From: the human T2T-CHM13v2.0 reference genome, Homo sapiens
NCBI RefSeq assembly: GCF_009914755.1
Contig: NC_060931.1
Reading direction: 5' to 3' (one strand)
Length of the DNA: 64,000 bases
Part shown: positions 26,848 to 41,000 of the stretch, piece by piece
How positions within the stretch are numbered: position 1 is the first letter of the stretch
Layout of the letters: each line of letters opens with the position of its first letter
Notes under the pieces: model-generated
Told to the model about the DNA's origin: nothing
Database searches by the model: none
What the model saw: the letters and a program-made list of their open reading frames with translations, nothing else
Translations under genes and position numbers: made by a program

Positions 26848-27440
26848 CAAGGCCTACTCATTGTGTTGTAAAATTCAATGGACTTGACAAATGCATAATT
26901 TCATGTATCCATAAATACATACTACAAAATAGTTTTATGATAGTAACAAAAATCCACCATGGCTTGCCTATTCACCCTACTTCACCATTCTCTCCAACTT
27001 CTGGCAATCATTGATCTTTCATAGTCTCCATAGTTCTGCATTTTCCAGAATGTTACATAATTGCAATCATTCAGTATGTAGCTTTTGAGACTGGCTTCTT
27101 TGCAGCTAAGTGGCTTCTTTCACTTGAGAATATATATTTGAGATTCAACCATGCCCTTTGTAGCTCCCTTCTTTTTTTCTCATTAAATAATATTTTGCTC
27201 TATAGATAATACCACAGTTTTTAAATCCATTCATCTATCGAAAGATATCATGGCAGCTTCCATTTTTTGGCAATTATGGATAGAGCTGCTATAAACATTA
27301 ATGTGCATGTTTTTATGGATATATGCTTCAAAATCTTTTGGGTAAATATCTAGGAGTGTGAGTGCTGACTTGTTAAGACTATGTTTAGCCTTGTAAAAAA
27401 TTGCCAAAATTTCTTTCCACTTAGCTGTACCATTTTGCAT

Positions 27441-27869
<429 letters not shown>

Positions 27870-30150
27870 TAATGGCAGCTGATTGTGGTCTTAATTTGTA
27901 ATTCCTTAATGACAAATGATGTTGAAAATCTTTTAGTATGTTCTTTCCCATCTTTCTGGCTTCTTCATTGAGGTGTCTGTCCGTATTTTTACTGTTGACT
28001 TTTAAGGGTTCTTTGTATATTTTGGATATGACTTCTTTATCAGATGTAAACTTTGAAAACATTTTTTCCAGGTCTCTGGCTTGCCTTTTGATTCTGTTAC
28101 CAGTGTCTTTAGCATAGCAGATGTTGTCAATTTTAATCAAGTTCAATTTATCAAAATTTTTTTCATGGATCATGCTTCGGTGTATCTAAAAACTCATCTC
28201 TAAACCCAAGGTCATCTAGACTTTCCCACTTTCTCCCAGAAGTTTCATGGATTTGTGTTTTAGAATTAGGTCAGTGACCCATTCTGAATTAATTTTGTGT
28301 AAGTTCTATGCAAAATCTTGTGTAACATCTGTGTCTAGGTTCATTTTGTTGTTGTTAATGTATTGATACTCTATTGCGCCAACAGCATTTGTTGAAGACT
28401 CTCCTTTATCCATTGAATTGACTTTGCTCCTTTGTCAAAGATTAATTGACTATATTTGTGTGGGTCTATTTTTGGGGTCTTTATTCTGTTACATTGGTCT
28501 ATGTTCTCATTGTTTCACCAATACCATGTTGTCATGATTATTGTACCTTTATAAATCTTGAAATTGGGTAGTGTGAGTCCTCCAACTTTATCTTCTTCAG
28601 CATTTTGTTGGCTATTCTAGGTATTTGACTTTGATAATAAACTTCAAAATCAGATTAGTATCTACAAAATATATTGGTATAATTTTTATTGAGAATGGAT
28701 TGAGTCCATAAATCAAGTTGGAAAGAATTAGCATCTGAAAGTATTGTCTTCCAGTCCATAAAATGAAGTATTTAAACCTTCCTTTATCTCATTAGATGTT
28801 TGCAGTTTCCTCCCTAGTAGATCCTGTGCTTATTTTGTTAACATTCATATCAAAGGGTTTCTCCTTTTGAATACCATTGTGTATGGTATTTTAAATTTCA
28901 AATTCCAGTGGTTTCCTGCTTGTATATAGGAAAACAATTGACTGTTGTATATTACTCTTGTGTCTCTGAACTTGCTATAATCACTTATTTCTTACTAATT
29001 CGAGGAGTTTTGTCGTTATTGGTTCAATTTTTTTTTAGATATTTTACATTGACAGTCATGATACCTACAAACAAAAACCATCTCACTTCTTGCTTTTCAA
29101 CTTTTATTCCTTTATTTTATTTTGTTCTCATTTGCTATGAGCTAGCTAGCTCTTAAAACACGATGTTGAATAGGAGTGGTAAGAAAGGACATTCTGTCTT
29201 GTGTTTATTTTCAGGTGGAAAGTGTCCTGATTTTTTACCATTAAGTGTGTTAGCTGAAGGTTTTGTAGATATTCCTTATCAAAATGAGAAAGTTCTTCTT
29301 ATTTTTCTAGTTTCTTTTTTTGAGAGTTTTATCATGAACAGGACTTGGATTTTGTTCAATTATTTTTCTGGTCAGCTGGCATGACATAATTTTTAATTTG
29401 TGTTTATGTAGTAGATTACATTGACTAGTATTTGAATGCTGAACCAACCTTGCATACCTAGAATAAATCCCACTAAGCAATGGAATATAATTTTTTCCTA
29501 TATTGCTGGACTTGGTATGAATTTTTTGGGGAATTTTTGCACCTATCTTAGGGATATTAGTCTGTAGTTTTTGTTTCTTTTGATGTGTCTGTCTGGTTTG
29601 GGTATTAGGGTAATGTTGGCCTCAGAGAATGAGTTAGGAATATTCTCTCTGTTTCTATTTTCTGGAAGATGTTGTGGAGAATTGGTATTATTTCCTTTTT
29701 AATTTCTTGGTAAAATTTGCCAGTGTAACCATTGATGGTTTCCTTTTCAGAAAGTTTTACATTTTTTATTTAATTTTTAAATATATACAGTTCTATTCAG
29801 GTGATCTATTTCTCCTTTTGTGAATTTGGATACTTTGTGTCTTTCAAGGAATTGGTCCATTTAATTTAGATGATCAGGTTTGTAGGTATAGATTTGTGCA
29901 GAGTATTCCTGATTATTCCTTTAATCTCCATAAAGTCATTAGTGATGATCTTTCTTTCATTTTTGATGTTGGTAATTTGTATCTTCTCTTAGTTGGCATA
30001 GCTAGGGGTTTATCAATTTAATTATCCTTTCAAATGACCATCTTCGGTTTTGTTGATTTTCTCCATTGCTTTGTTTTCAATTTCACTTATTTATGCTCCA
30101 ATATTTAGTATTGTTTTCCCTTTGCTTCTTTAAGCTTAAAATGATCCCCT

Positions 30151-30560
30151 GGCTGGGTATGGTGACTCAAGCCTGTAATCCCAGCACTTTGAAGGGCTGA
30201 GGTTGGAGGGTTGCTTGAGGCCAGGAGTTGGACCAGCCTGGGCAATATAGTGGTCGCTCATTAAAACCACACTCAGTGACCATTAAACAGAGAAAGTATT
30301 AGAATAGCTAAAATTTTAAAAAATGACAATACAAAATGTTAGTGAGGATATGGAAAACAACAGGAACTCTGTTGAACTCTGTCTCTACAAAAAAATAAAA
30401 TAAAAAAATTTACTGAGCATGGTGATGCATTCCTATAATCCCAGGCACTCAGAAGACTGAAATGGGAGGATTGCTTGAGTCTAGGAGTTTGAGGCTGCAG
30501 TGAGACCTTACTGTACCACTGCACTCTAGCCTGGTGACAGACAAGACCCCATCTCAAAAA
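30151..30560 (+). mobile_element. AluJ-type SINE interrupted by a ~120-bp non-Alu insert (30253-30374)
   Basis: Left arm runs to GGCAATATAGTG and resumes at AACTCTGTCTCTACAAAA; right arm complete. TSD AAAATGATCCCCT / AAAAAGATCTCCT. Confidence 0.92.
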
Positions 30561-31088
30561 GATCTCCTGTTGCTAATTCCCTAAGTGGGATGTTGGATTA
30601 ATTCTCTTGAGACACCTTTTCTTCCCATGCCCTCTTTAGAAGTGTGTTGTTTAATCTTAAAATATTTGCAAATTTTCCAGGAATATTTCTGTTAATGATT
30701 TTTAATTTAATTCAGTTTTGGCCTGTGAACATACCCTGTATGGTTTCTATTTTTGCAACATTTGTTCAGGTTTGTTTTATGACAGTTTATTTCTTGTTTA
30801 CTTTTGCAAGATAATTTCACTGGATATGGAATTCTAAGTTGGTGTTTTTTCTTTACTTCTTTCAACATTTTAAATGTTTTATTCCACTTTCTTCTTGCTT
30901 GCATGATGTAATTCTTATCCTTGTCCCTGTATAGATAAGATTTGCTTTTTAATGGCTTCTTTAAAGATTTTCTCTTTGCCTTTGGATTTCTACAGTTTGA
31001 AAATGGTATGCCTAAGTGTAGACTTTTTGGTATTTACTTTGTTTGGCATTTTTGAACTTTCTGTGTCTCTGATTTGATGTCTGTCATT

Positions 31089-33345
31089 TAAAAATATTTA
31101 TTTAATTGACAAGAAAAAATGTACATATTTATAGTGTACAACATGTTTTGATATATGTATACCTTGTGGAATGGCTAAATCAAGCTACTAAATATATGCA
31201 TTACCTCATATGCTTGTCATTTTTTTTATGGTGAGAACTTTTAAATGTACTGTCTTAGTAATTTTCACAGATATAATATATTGTTATTAACTGAAGTCAC
31301 CACAATTTACAACAGATCTCTTGAACTTATTTATTCCTCCTGCCTAACTGAAGTTTTGTGTTTTCTGACCACCATCTCCCCATCTTCTCCTTCCTCAGCC
31401 TAGGGTAACTACCATTCTACTCTCTACTTCTGTGAGTTCCAATTTTTTAGATTCCACATATGAATGAGATTGTGTGGATTGTCTTTCTGTGCCTGGATTA
31501 TTTTACTTAACAAAATGTCCTTCAGTTTCATCCATGTTATCACAAATGACAGGATTTCCATCTTGTTGGAGGCTGAATAGTATTCCATTATACGTATAGA
31601 CTACATTTTCTGTGTGTGTCTTAAGCATCCATTTGTGGACATATGGGTTGATTCCATATCTTGGCCATCATAAATAATGCTGTGATGAACATGGGAGTGC
31701 TAATATTGCTGCAAAATACTGATTTTATTTCCTTTGGCTATATATTCAGTAGTGGAATTTCTATGTCATATGGTAGTTCAACTTTTAGTTTTTTTGAGGA
31801 ACTTTCATACTGTTTTCCACAAATGCTCTATTAATTTATATTCTCACCAACAGTGTGCAAGGGTTCCTTTTTATCTCCTATCCTCTCCAACACTCTTATC
31901 TTTCATCTTTCTTATAGTAGCCATTCTAACAGATGTGAGGTGATAATCTCATTGTGGTTTTGATTTTCATCTCCCTGATGATTAGTGATGTTGAGCATTT
32001 TTTCATAGATCTCTTGGCTGTTTGTATGTCTTCTTTTGAGAAATGTTTATTTCTAAGGGGGTTGTTTATTTCCTTGCTGTTGAGTAGTAGTTTGAGTTCC
32101 TTGTATGTTTTGGATATTAACCTAAATATTTTGTCCCATTCTGTATGTTTTCTCTTTACTCTTTTGATTGTTTCCTCTGCTGTGCCAAAACTTTTTAGTT
32201 TGATGTAGTCCCACTTGTCTATTTTTGCTTTTGTTGCCTGCACTTTTGGGTTCATAGCCAAAAAGCATTATTTCCCAGACCAATATCATGGAGCTTCCCC
32301 CCCTATGTTTTCTTCTAATAGTTTTACAGTTTCAGATCTTATATTTAAGTCTTTAATCCATTTGAGTTGATTATTGTGTATGGTATGAGATGAGCATCTA
32401 ATTTTATTATTTTGCATGTGGGTATGCAGTTTTTCCTATGCCATTTATTGAAGAGACTGTCCTTTTCCCATTGGGTGTTCTTGGTAACCTTGTCAAAAAT
32501 CAACTGACTATAAATGTATAGATTTATATCTGGGGTATTTACCTTGTTCCATTTGTCTATGTGTATTGTTTTTATGCCATTATCATGCTGTTTACTATAG
32601 CCTTATAGTAGATTTTGAGATCTGTAGGTAGTAGATGTGATGCTTTCAGCTTTTTTTTTTTTTTTTTTTGCTTTGGATAATTAGAGGTTTCTGTGATTCC
32701 ATACAATTTTTAGGATTTTTTTCTATTTCCTTAAAAAATGTCATTGAAATTTTGATAGGGATTGCATTGAATCTATATATCACTTGGGGTGGTATGGTAT
32801 GAACGTTTTAATAATAATTTTTACAATCCCTGAACAGGATATCTTCAAGTTACTTGTGTCTTCAATTTTTTAATAAATGTTTTTTAGTTTTCAGTGTGAA
32901 GACCTTTCATATTCTTGATAAAATTTATGCCTAAGTATTTATTTGCAGCTATTGTAAATGAGATTGTTTTCTTGATTTCTTTTCCAGATAGTTCATTGTT
33001 AGTGTATAAAACACTACTGAGTTTTGAGTGGTGATTTTGTATCCTGTGAATTTACTGAAGTCATATATTAGTTCCTACAGTTTTTTGGTGGATTTTTAGA
33101 GTTTTCCATATATAAGATCATGTCATCTGCAAACAGAAACAATTTAACTTCTTCCTTTCTGATTTGGATGCCTGTTTTCTTTCTCTTGCCTAATTGCTCT
33201 GGCAAGGACTTCCAGTACTATGTTGAATAGAAGCGGTGAAAGTAGGCACCCTTGTCTTGTTCCCTCTCTTAGAGGAAAAACTTTCCACTTCTCTGCATTA
33301 TGATGGAGTATGATGTTACCTGTGGGCTTGTTGCATATGGTCTTT
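31089..33345 (-). mobile_element. L1MA (MA7/8-like), 5'-truncated ~2.3 kb
   Basis: 3' end TTTAATTGACAAG...GTGGAATGGCTAAATCAAGCT. ORF2 pieces at 31926-32261 and 33144-33383 ([21 protein letters not shown]). 17-bp TSD ATTTGATGTCTGTCATT (31072-31088) / ATTTGGTGTCTGTCATT (33346-33362). Confidence 0.92.
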
Positions 33346-34481
33346 ATTTGGTGTCTGTCATTAATTTTGAAAATCTCAGGCATGATTTCTTCAAATATGT
33401 CTTGTCCTCCTCTCTCCCTTCTACTTTCAGCATTTCAACTGGCTGCGTATTACATCTTCTGCTATTTTTGCATGCTTCTCGAATGTTTTGTTCTTTTTGA
33501 TTTTTCTTTAATCTCTTTTTCTCTTTGCATTTCAGTTTGTGCAGTTTCCCTTGACATTTTCACAACCACTAAATCTTTCTTCAGCCAAGTCTAGACTGAT
33601 GAACTCATCAAAGGCACTCTTCATTTCTGTTCCATGGTTTATTTTGACTTGTACATTTCCTTTTGACTCTTAAGAGTTTCCATGTCTTTGCTTACGTTAT
33701 CTCTCAGATCTTGCATATTCTACTTTTTCATTTTAGTCCTTAACACATTCATCATAGTTTAATTCCCATCCGATCATTCCAAAAATCTCTGCCACTTCTT
33801 ACTCTGGTTCTTATGCTTGCATTGCTCTTTTCTGGCCTTTATGCATGCCTTGTAATTTTTATTGAAATCTGAGAGGCATGGTCTGATGGTGATCTCCCAG
33901 GCTCCATCCTCTGCATATGGGTGAAAATTCTTACCCAGCCTAGCTCACCTAAGTTTTTATGAGAATCAGCTGAGAAACTTTATGTGAAAGTGCTTTGTAA
34001 CATGCATAATAATATTCAGGCATCATCCAGATGCCTGAATCTCTCTGGTCTTCTGGTCTGGGAGAGCTCAGTAAGATCCCTAAAATATAAATTTCATGGT
34101 TGTGGAAGCTCCAACTCCTCCTCTCAACTGTGCTAATTTATTTCTAGGCCCCTCTGCTATTGCTGTTGTCTCTCTTCCTTCAGTTTCTGTGCCTGATCTG
34201 TGCATGTCAGCCTGATACAACATTCCCTGGTCTCTGCATAAAAAGAAGTTACTAGTCAAAATAACAGAATTTACTGAGGTTTGCAGTGTTACGGCTTGAT
34301 AATCCATCTCATATTGCACAGGTAACAATTTACAAAATAAATCCTCTTTCCCCCGTTTTCTTGGGCCTTCCTCCACACCAGCATAGGTGGGTTTATAGCC
34401 CTGAGCTCTAGGGAGCTTCTGTTTATAAACAAATGCTCTCCCAAAAAAAGAAATTTATTTTAAATATATAGACACAAGATA

Positions 34482-34585
34482 TGTGTGTGTGTGTGTGTGT
34501 GTGCATGCATGTGTGTGTTTGTGTAGTGAGAGAGAGGTGGGGAGAGAGAATGGGGAACAGAAATACAGATATAGATATATAGATG
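34482..34585. repeat. (TG)n / (GA)n / (TAGA)-like simple repeat cluster
   Basis: Directly visible. Confidence 0.85.
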
Positions 34586-34594
34586 TGGATATCA

Positions 34595-35945
34595 AGTGTC
34601 GTATTGACATAAAGGTAGACATACATGGTAATAGAACAGAATACATAAGCTAGACATAGACTCCCATATATAAAGCCGATTGATTTACAACAGAAGTGTC
34701 ACAGTCATTCAATTGGATAAGAATATTCTTTTCAATAGATGGTGCTGCAGCAACTGGATATCTGTATGAAAAACATACCCCTGTATGTTTTTATCTCACA
34801 CCACAGTAAAAAAGTGAACTTGAAGTTGGTTATGCACCTAAATGTAAAAATCAACAATTATATAAATTTTAGAAAAAAATAGAAAAATCTGTATGATCCT
34901 GAGGTAAGCAAAGATTTCTTAGATAGAACACCAAATTACAAACCCTAGAAGAAAAAACCTGATAAATTAGACTTCATTGAATTTAAAAGTATCTGTTTTT
35001 CGAAAGGCACAATTGAAAAAATGAATATCCAAGTCACAAACTGTGAGAAAGCCTTCACAACACACATATTAAAGATGTGTGTCCAGAATATACTAATACC
35101 TTCTACAATTCAATAATAGGAAAACAAACAGTCTAATGTAAAATGGGCAAAATTTGAATGGTCACTTAAGAGGGAGACATGTGAATGATCGGTAAGTTGT
35201 ATGAAAATGTGTTTGGCGTCATTAGTCATCAGAGAAATGTACATTGAAACCACTGTGGGATACCGCCTTACATCCTTAGAATGGCTAAAATTAAAAAGTC
35301 TGGCAAGCCCGATTTAGGATTTGGAGCAACTGGATCTCCCCTACATTGCTGATGAGAACATAAAATAGAACAACCACTTTGAGAAAAGGTCTGGTGGTTT
35401 CTTGTAAAGTTATAAATATAATTCTATGGTATAGTGCTTCTACTCTTAGATATTTCTACTAAGAAAAATTTAAATACATTTTCTCAAAAATAGTTGTATA
35501 ATAACAAAGAGCTTTGTTTATAATGACCCCGAACCTGATGAAACCAAATGTTCCACAAGAAAATTGATAAGTGACTGTGTGGTATATCCATCCCATAGGA
35601 TATTACTCCACAATAAAAATAAATGAACTACTCATACATGCGGTGGCATGGATAATTCTCAAAAACACACTGAGTAAAAGAAGCCAGAAACTTCATGATT
35701 CTATTTATATGAATATCAAGAACAGACAAAAAAGTTATGGTAATAGACACCAGAAGATTTGCTGCCTATGAGAGGTGGGAATTGATTGGAAGAGGGCATG
35801 TGAGAACCTTCTGAGAAGACAGATATTCTATATCTTGATAGGAACACGGGTTAGACGTGTACACATTTACCAAAACACATTTAATTGGATAGTTAATATC
35901 CATACATTTTAATACATAAACCTTTACATCAACATAAAATTAGAA
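34595..35945 (+). mobile_element. Old L1M (L1ME/MD-type) ORF2 end and 3'UTR
   Basis: TTTTCAATAGATGGTGCTG...GGCAAAATTTGAATGGTCAC...GGATATTACTCCACAATAAAAATAAATGAACTAC. Confidence 0.85.
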
Positions 35946-37054
35946 AGATTTTTAGTGTCAACCACCTAGTGTCCCTGTTTTAGACCCAGGAGTCCAACTC
36001 TTCCTAGTAGGAAGACCTTGGCATAGGATATCTGCCAAGAGCATGCATCCAGGTCTGTTTGCAGCAATGCTATCATTACAATTAAATCCCAGGTCTGAAT
36101 TTCAGTGCAAGTGCAAGATACCTTGCAGCTGTAAAAGATAAGTGTCTTTCTTTACCCTGCCATGGAGGCTGTGTGAACTTTCACAACGTGCCCTGACTAA
36201 TTAGACTAGTTAGTTAGTTAGTTGACCTAAGCCTATTATTTCTGTGCTTACCCAAGACTTCTAATGCTGGTAAGAAAAGCTAGCCTTTCCTCTCTCTTTA
36301 TAATTCCATTGCCTCCATGTCATATACATGCCAAACTTACTCTGTAAAGAGTCAGTAGGCATGAGAGGGAAGAAGGGAGAAAGAGTTGGGGAGGGACTTT
36401 TACATCAATTTTAAATTTCTAACAATAATTTCATTGCATTGGATAGTAGCTAACTCCCTGTTCCTGGAAGAGTTCAAGCCAAGATTTATGATGCTTGTTA
36501 GAAACCTCAGGGGAAGGAATAGAACACATAAGCAGGGATTAAATAACATGGTCTTTATGGTTCTTTCCAACTCTCATTCATTCACTTATTCATTCCATCA
36601 ATTCCATTATTCATTCCTGTTTCTGCCACTATGCCAGGCTCTGGTAGATGCAAATGATTCTCCTTAGCCGTCAAATGTACAGCCATTTAAAACCTTGGTT
36701 CCAGAGGCCTATTTTTATCTCAAATGTGCACATCTATTTGCAAGCAGAGATGACAGGTGTGGCTGGCCTTTTCAGCTGCACCTTTTCATTGCTGCTATCT
36801 GATGACACATTTTCCCTTATGCCTATAAAGTGAATTCCTTAGAGATGATGTTGCTTTTAGCTTGAGGTTTCTAGATGGAATCAGCACTTGTTTATTTGTT
36901 TGTTTGCACGTAGAAGTCTGAACCTCTTGCTCTCACCTATTTTTGAAAACATCCCACAACCAAAAAAAAAAAAATCTGGTTACAGGAGCCCAGAGAAAGC
37001 CACCCTGATGAAGTGAGGCCTTGCCTAGGTGCACGGTATCAGTAAGGGAGGCAC

Positions 37055-37320
37055 TGTGTTCCTGCATAGGAAAGAGTTCAGGCTGGCTGCCACATAGACC
37101 TGAGTTCAATTCTGATGGTGCCTCTCGCCAGCAGTAGGATTTGGGGCAATGCACTGATGCACCCTACACCTCTGTTCCCACAACTGTAACATGGACATTA
37201 TGAATGTGTTCCATCCCAGGTCAGCAGGATTGTCCGATGAATTCACATGCCTTAAATGCTTCAAATCTGCCCCTGGCACTGTGTGTTCTCTACCTGCTGA
37301 TTATTTTTTTATTATTCGCA
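37055..37320 (+). mobile_element. MIR
   Basis: AGACCTGAGTTCAATTCTG...CCTCTGTTCCCACAACTGTAACATGG...TTATTATT tail. Confidence 0.6.
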
Positions 37321-38872
37321 GCATTGTTATGTAAGTTAGAATCATAGAAAGGAGTTGGCATTAAACTGTGACTTGAGAGACAATTGGTCCTCACTCTATT
37401 AGAAAGGAGCTTGGTGATGATGGTGAGACATTCATTGGGCCGCATTGTTCCTCATGTGTAAAATAGGGAGATGAATTTGTGGGTTTGACTCACATCGCAT
37501 GCTGCTCTTTGAATTGTATTAATTCCCTTCTATTATTTAATACTTTATTCATTATCAAAATTAAGACAGTTCTGCATTGTATCAACTCCTCCAATTTTAA
37601 GCAGACATAACCTTTAAAAAACACAGGAAAAATTAGTAGTGAACAATGCACCTTTGAAATTGGGAGAAAGGAAACATGTTAATTCAATTATATTCCCTTC
37701 TGGCACCAGGAGTTCTACAGATGTCCACCTCTTCTTCAACTCTGGACACTGGCCAACATGAATGTGTACCAGTTGCTTTGAAGAATCGTTGAATGATGCA
37801 AGTGTGAATTTAATTACCAGATGCTCTGCTAATTAGAGGTCTAAAAGGTAAGGAAATAAGTGTGAAAGCAAAAATTTAAATATAACATATTAACGTATTA
37901 CCATAGCTAACAGAGAAATCATACAGAAACATATTTCTTGAAAAGAATGATCCTGGTATTTGATTGGCATCTGCATGTTTCTTACATAGATCATTTTTAA
38001 TTTTAAATATTATGCAGATAAAATACTATTTGTTGCTAAGATTTATATTCAAAGATTCACATTTAATCAATCTTTCTTCTCTCCTTCTCTCTCTATCCCT
38101 CCATACTCCCCTTTTCTGTCCCTCTTTGGTTTTTTCCCCCTTAAACCTTCACTGAGGAAAGCTCACATGACTCACATGACTTCCTAGTGACAACTTTACT
38201 TCTAGAAATGAATGAGATGGAGTCCTGAAACTCTGAGGTCTCAGCTCCCAGGCAGGGCAGGGGCGGGGAGAGGCTGCATGAGGGGAGCTCAGGGCTCTGG
38301 CCACAGTAAGCACAGATACCTGCTCCTGCAGAGCACCAGGCAGGGTTGGCAACTGCTGCAGTGGCTCCATCTTGGAGTGATCCCCAAGTCTAGTGAGAGT
38401 TCACCAAATGTATATGAGAAGGAGTGGCTTTCCTAAGGGAACTGATGCAGAGAGTAGAATGCTCCAAGATGGACAGTCCCATGGGAGGATGACAAGGAAG
38501 GGGGTCGTCAGAAGTCCCGGGGACCATGCTGAGGAGTTCTGCTTTCATCCGAGGGGTGGGGGAAATCCCTCTGAAATTCTTTTTTATCTTCTATTTTATT
38601 TTAAATTATTTTTTATGAAATAGACATGAAAATTTATGTAAAACCTACTAATGCCATTTATGGAATAATAATAAGATGAAAACCAATGGTTCAAATGTCT
38701 AGTTTCAGAAGCATAGCCTTAGCAGAGTTTTTGGGAGCCTATCCATAGTTCTTCCCAATTACTTTCCTTACCCCCTTCCTACATTTTGGGTTTATCTTTC
38801 CTTGATATTTTAGTTTTATCACATATGCACGGGTCTCTAAGCATAACATTGTTTTGCCTTTTGTGTTGTTGA

Positions 38873-39180
38873 GACATCCTGCTCCACATGTCCTCTGATT
38901 CTCATGTTTCAACAGCGTGGATATGAGGTTCATTCTGTTCCACATGTCCCTCTGATTCTCGTGTTTCAGCATGACATCCTCATGATTCCACATGACATCC
39001 TGCTCCACATGTCCCTCTGATTCTCGTATTTCAACAGCGTGGATATGAGGTTCATTCTGTTCCACATGTCCCTCTGATTCTCGTGTTTCAACATGACATC
39101 CTCATGATTCCACATGACATCCTGCTCCACATGTCCCTCTGATTCTCATGTTTCAACAGTGTGGATATGAGGTTCATTCT
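38873..39180. repeat. Compound tandem repeat, ~2.5 copies of a 121-122 bp unit, inside an old L1ME 3' fragment (~38580-39420, minus)
   Basis: GACATCCTGCTCCACATG recurs at 38873, 38994 and 39116. Each full unit contains two copies of TCCACATGTCCCTCTGATTCTCRTRTTTCARCA. Confidence 0.95.
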
Positions 39181-39454
39181 TGTGGACTTTGTAGCTGAGG
39201 GACATTCAGATTCACTACTGTACCTCATGCCCCTGTGCTAAGGATCACAAGCTACTTATCATTCTACAGTAGAGCTGATGAGCATTTGCATTGTCTCCAG
39301 TTCTTGGGTTAATTAATGTGCTGTTCTGAGCATCCTTTCTCATTGCTGCATCTCACTTTTCAGCTGTACTAAAGTGATGGGAAATCATTTCGCGAAGTGG
39401 TTGTAGATCCCAACAATACTGCAGAAGAGTTGCTGTTGTGAATTATTCAAATTC

Positions 39455-39800
39455 TCTTTAAGCAGAGGAATGAGCTGTAGAAAGATCATTTTGGCTGCAA
39501 GATGAGGGATGGGTTGGAGTGGGGCCAATTTAGAGTCAGAGACTAGAAAAGAGGCTTGAGTGTGGAGGGTCTGAAACCAGGAGGCCCAGGGTCTCAGTGG
39601 AAACAGTGGCAGGGGAAATGGAAGGGACGGGACGCTTGGAGAAATCTTAGCAATCAGGCCTGCATATGGATTTTCTGGTTTGAGGAGTCACAGTGGAGGC
39701 CATGAAGATCCTGAGGTTTGCAGCAGACACCTGTGGATGGCAGCACTGGCTGCTGAGGTACAGGGTCCTGTAGTAGGAGATAAGTGGGCCGAGGAAGAGG
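39455..39800 (-). mobile_element. L2 fragment
   Basis: TTTTAAGCAGAGGAATGA...TAGAAAGATCATTTTGGCTGCA...GAGGGATGGGTTGGAG is a typical L2 antisense segment. Confidence 0.65.
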
Positions 39801-40639
39801 AAGACATCATTCCCTGAACCCCAAACTCTCCTAGCTGTTCAGTTAAAAAAACACATTAAATATATTTTCAATAGATAAGTACCCTTTTCCTCAAGCATTT
39901 ATCCCATTTCCTGGAAAGTAGGCGGTATTTAATAAAAATGGATTGTAATTTGTATTCTCATGATGTCTTAAGAGAAGAAATATTGCCCAAAATGCATAGT
40001 TTTAGTTTCTAGAGTTCTTGAGGAAAAACTGGGGAAACGGGTCCTTCAGTGAACACTCACAGCCATCTGGCCATTCAGGTGTATAGTGGTCTTCACACTT
40101 GAGCCCAAGGACATCTTGCAACTTTGTTCTTGATACGTGATTGTCTTTCCAGAGGATGATTTTCTGAAAATGGTTTAGAGTCGCTAATTGCTCTATGCTT
40201 TGGTTATTTGGGTCATGGTCATATGAACTTTTTACTTGTTTAGCTTAGACTGTCTTAAGTGACATATATTTTCTGAAAACAAACCAGCAATCACAATGCT
40301 TCAGCCTGCATAGGAGTGAGTGGGCAGCTTATTTACTAAGTAGTATGGAAGACTTCTGAAGACCCAGGTCATAACTGCAAGTTAAACTCAGACCAAATGG
40401 GACTGGCTCAGTCAACCCACTTCCATTCACTCTAAGGTCCTCAGAACAGGGGTGTCATGAAGAAGCCACCACCACCTCCTCCCCACTCCTGTGGCATTCA
40501 GCCTCTTCCTCATGTGTTCCCCTCTTCTCCGCGGCCACCACATCATGTTGTCTGAACTTGGGGAAGTTCCCGCTTTCATCTTCGCTCCACCCTCCTTTCT
40601 TCTGCCTGATTTCAGATTCACTGCTCTTTGACCCTGGAC

Positions 40640-41000
40640 TATCGCACCAGCTTTTCCACTGTTCCTTCTGCCTCCACCCTCTGCCTGCTTATTGGTCCCT
40701 GTACTGGCTGCCAGTCATTGTCCTAAAATTCAGAATGGATGGATCCTTCATTACCACGCTTAAAAAGCCTATAGGCTAGTCCCTCTTGTCTCCTCCCCAC
40801 CCACCCATAGAATGAAGTCTGGAATCCCCAGACTGAAAACAAAGCACTTTGGTTTGGGTGCTGAGCTATCTTCCTTGCTCATTCCAGCCTTCATAAAACC
40901 CAACCTGTGGCTTCTTCTCACATCTCCCCTGTTCCTGACTGTGTCATGCCTTTCTTTTCCTCTAGGTTTTTGCAATGCTCTTTCTTTATACTTACTGTAG
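40640..41000 (+). mobile_element. L2 fragment
   Basis: TGCCAGTCATTGTCCTAAAATTCAGAATGGAT...CCACGCTTAAAAAGCCT resembles the L2 3' region. Confidence 0.55.

Noticed and set aside
38873-39180. Repeat-spacer-like pattern resembling a CRISPR array
   Set aside because: The spacers themselves repeat (only two types), the context is primate DNA, and there are no cas genes. It is a compound tandem duplication.
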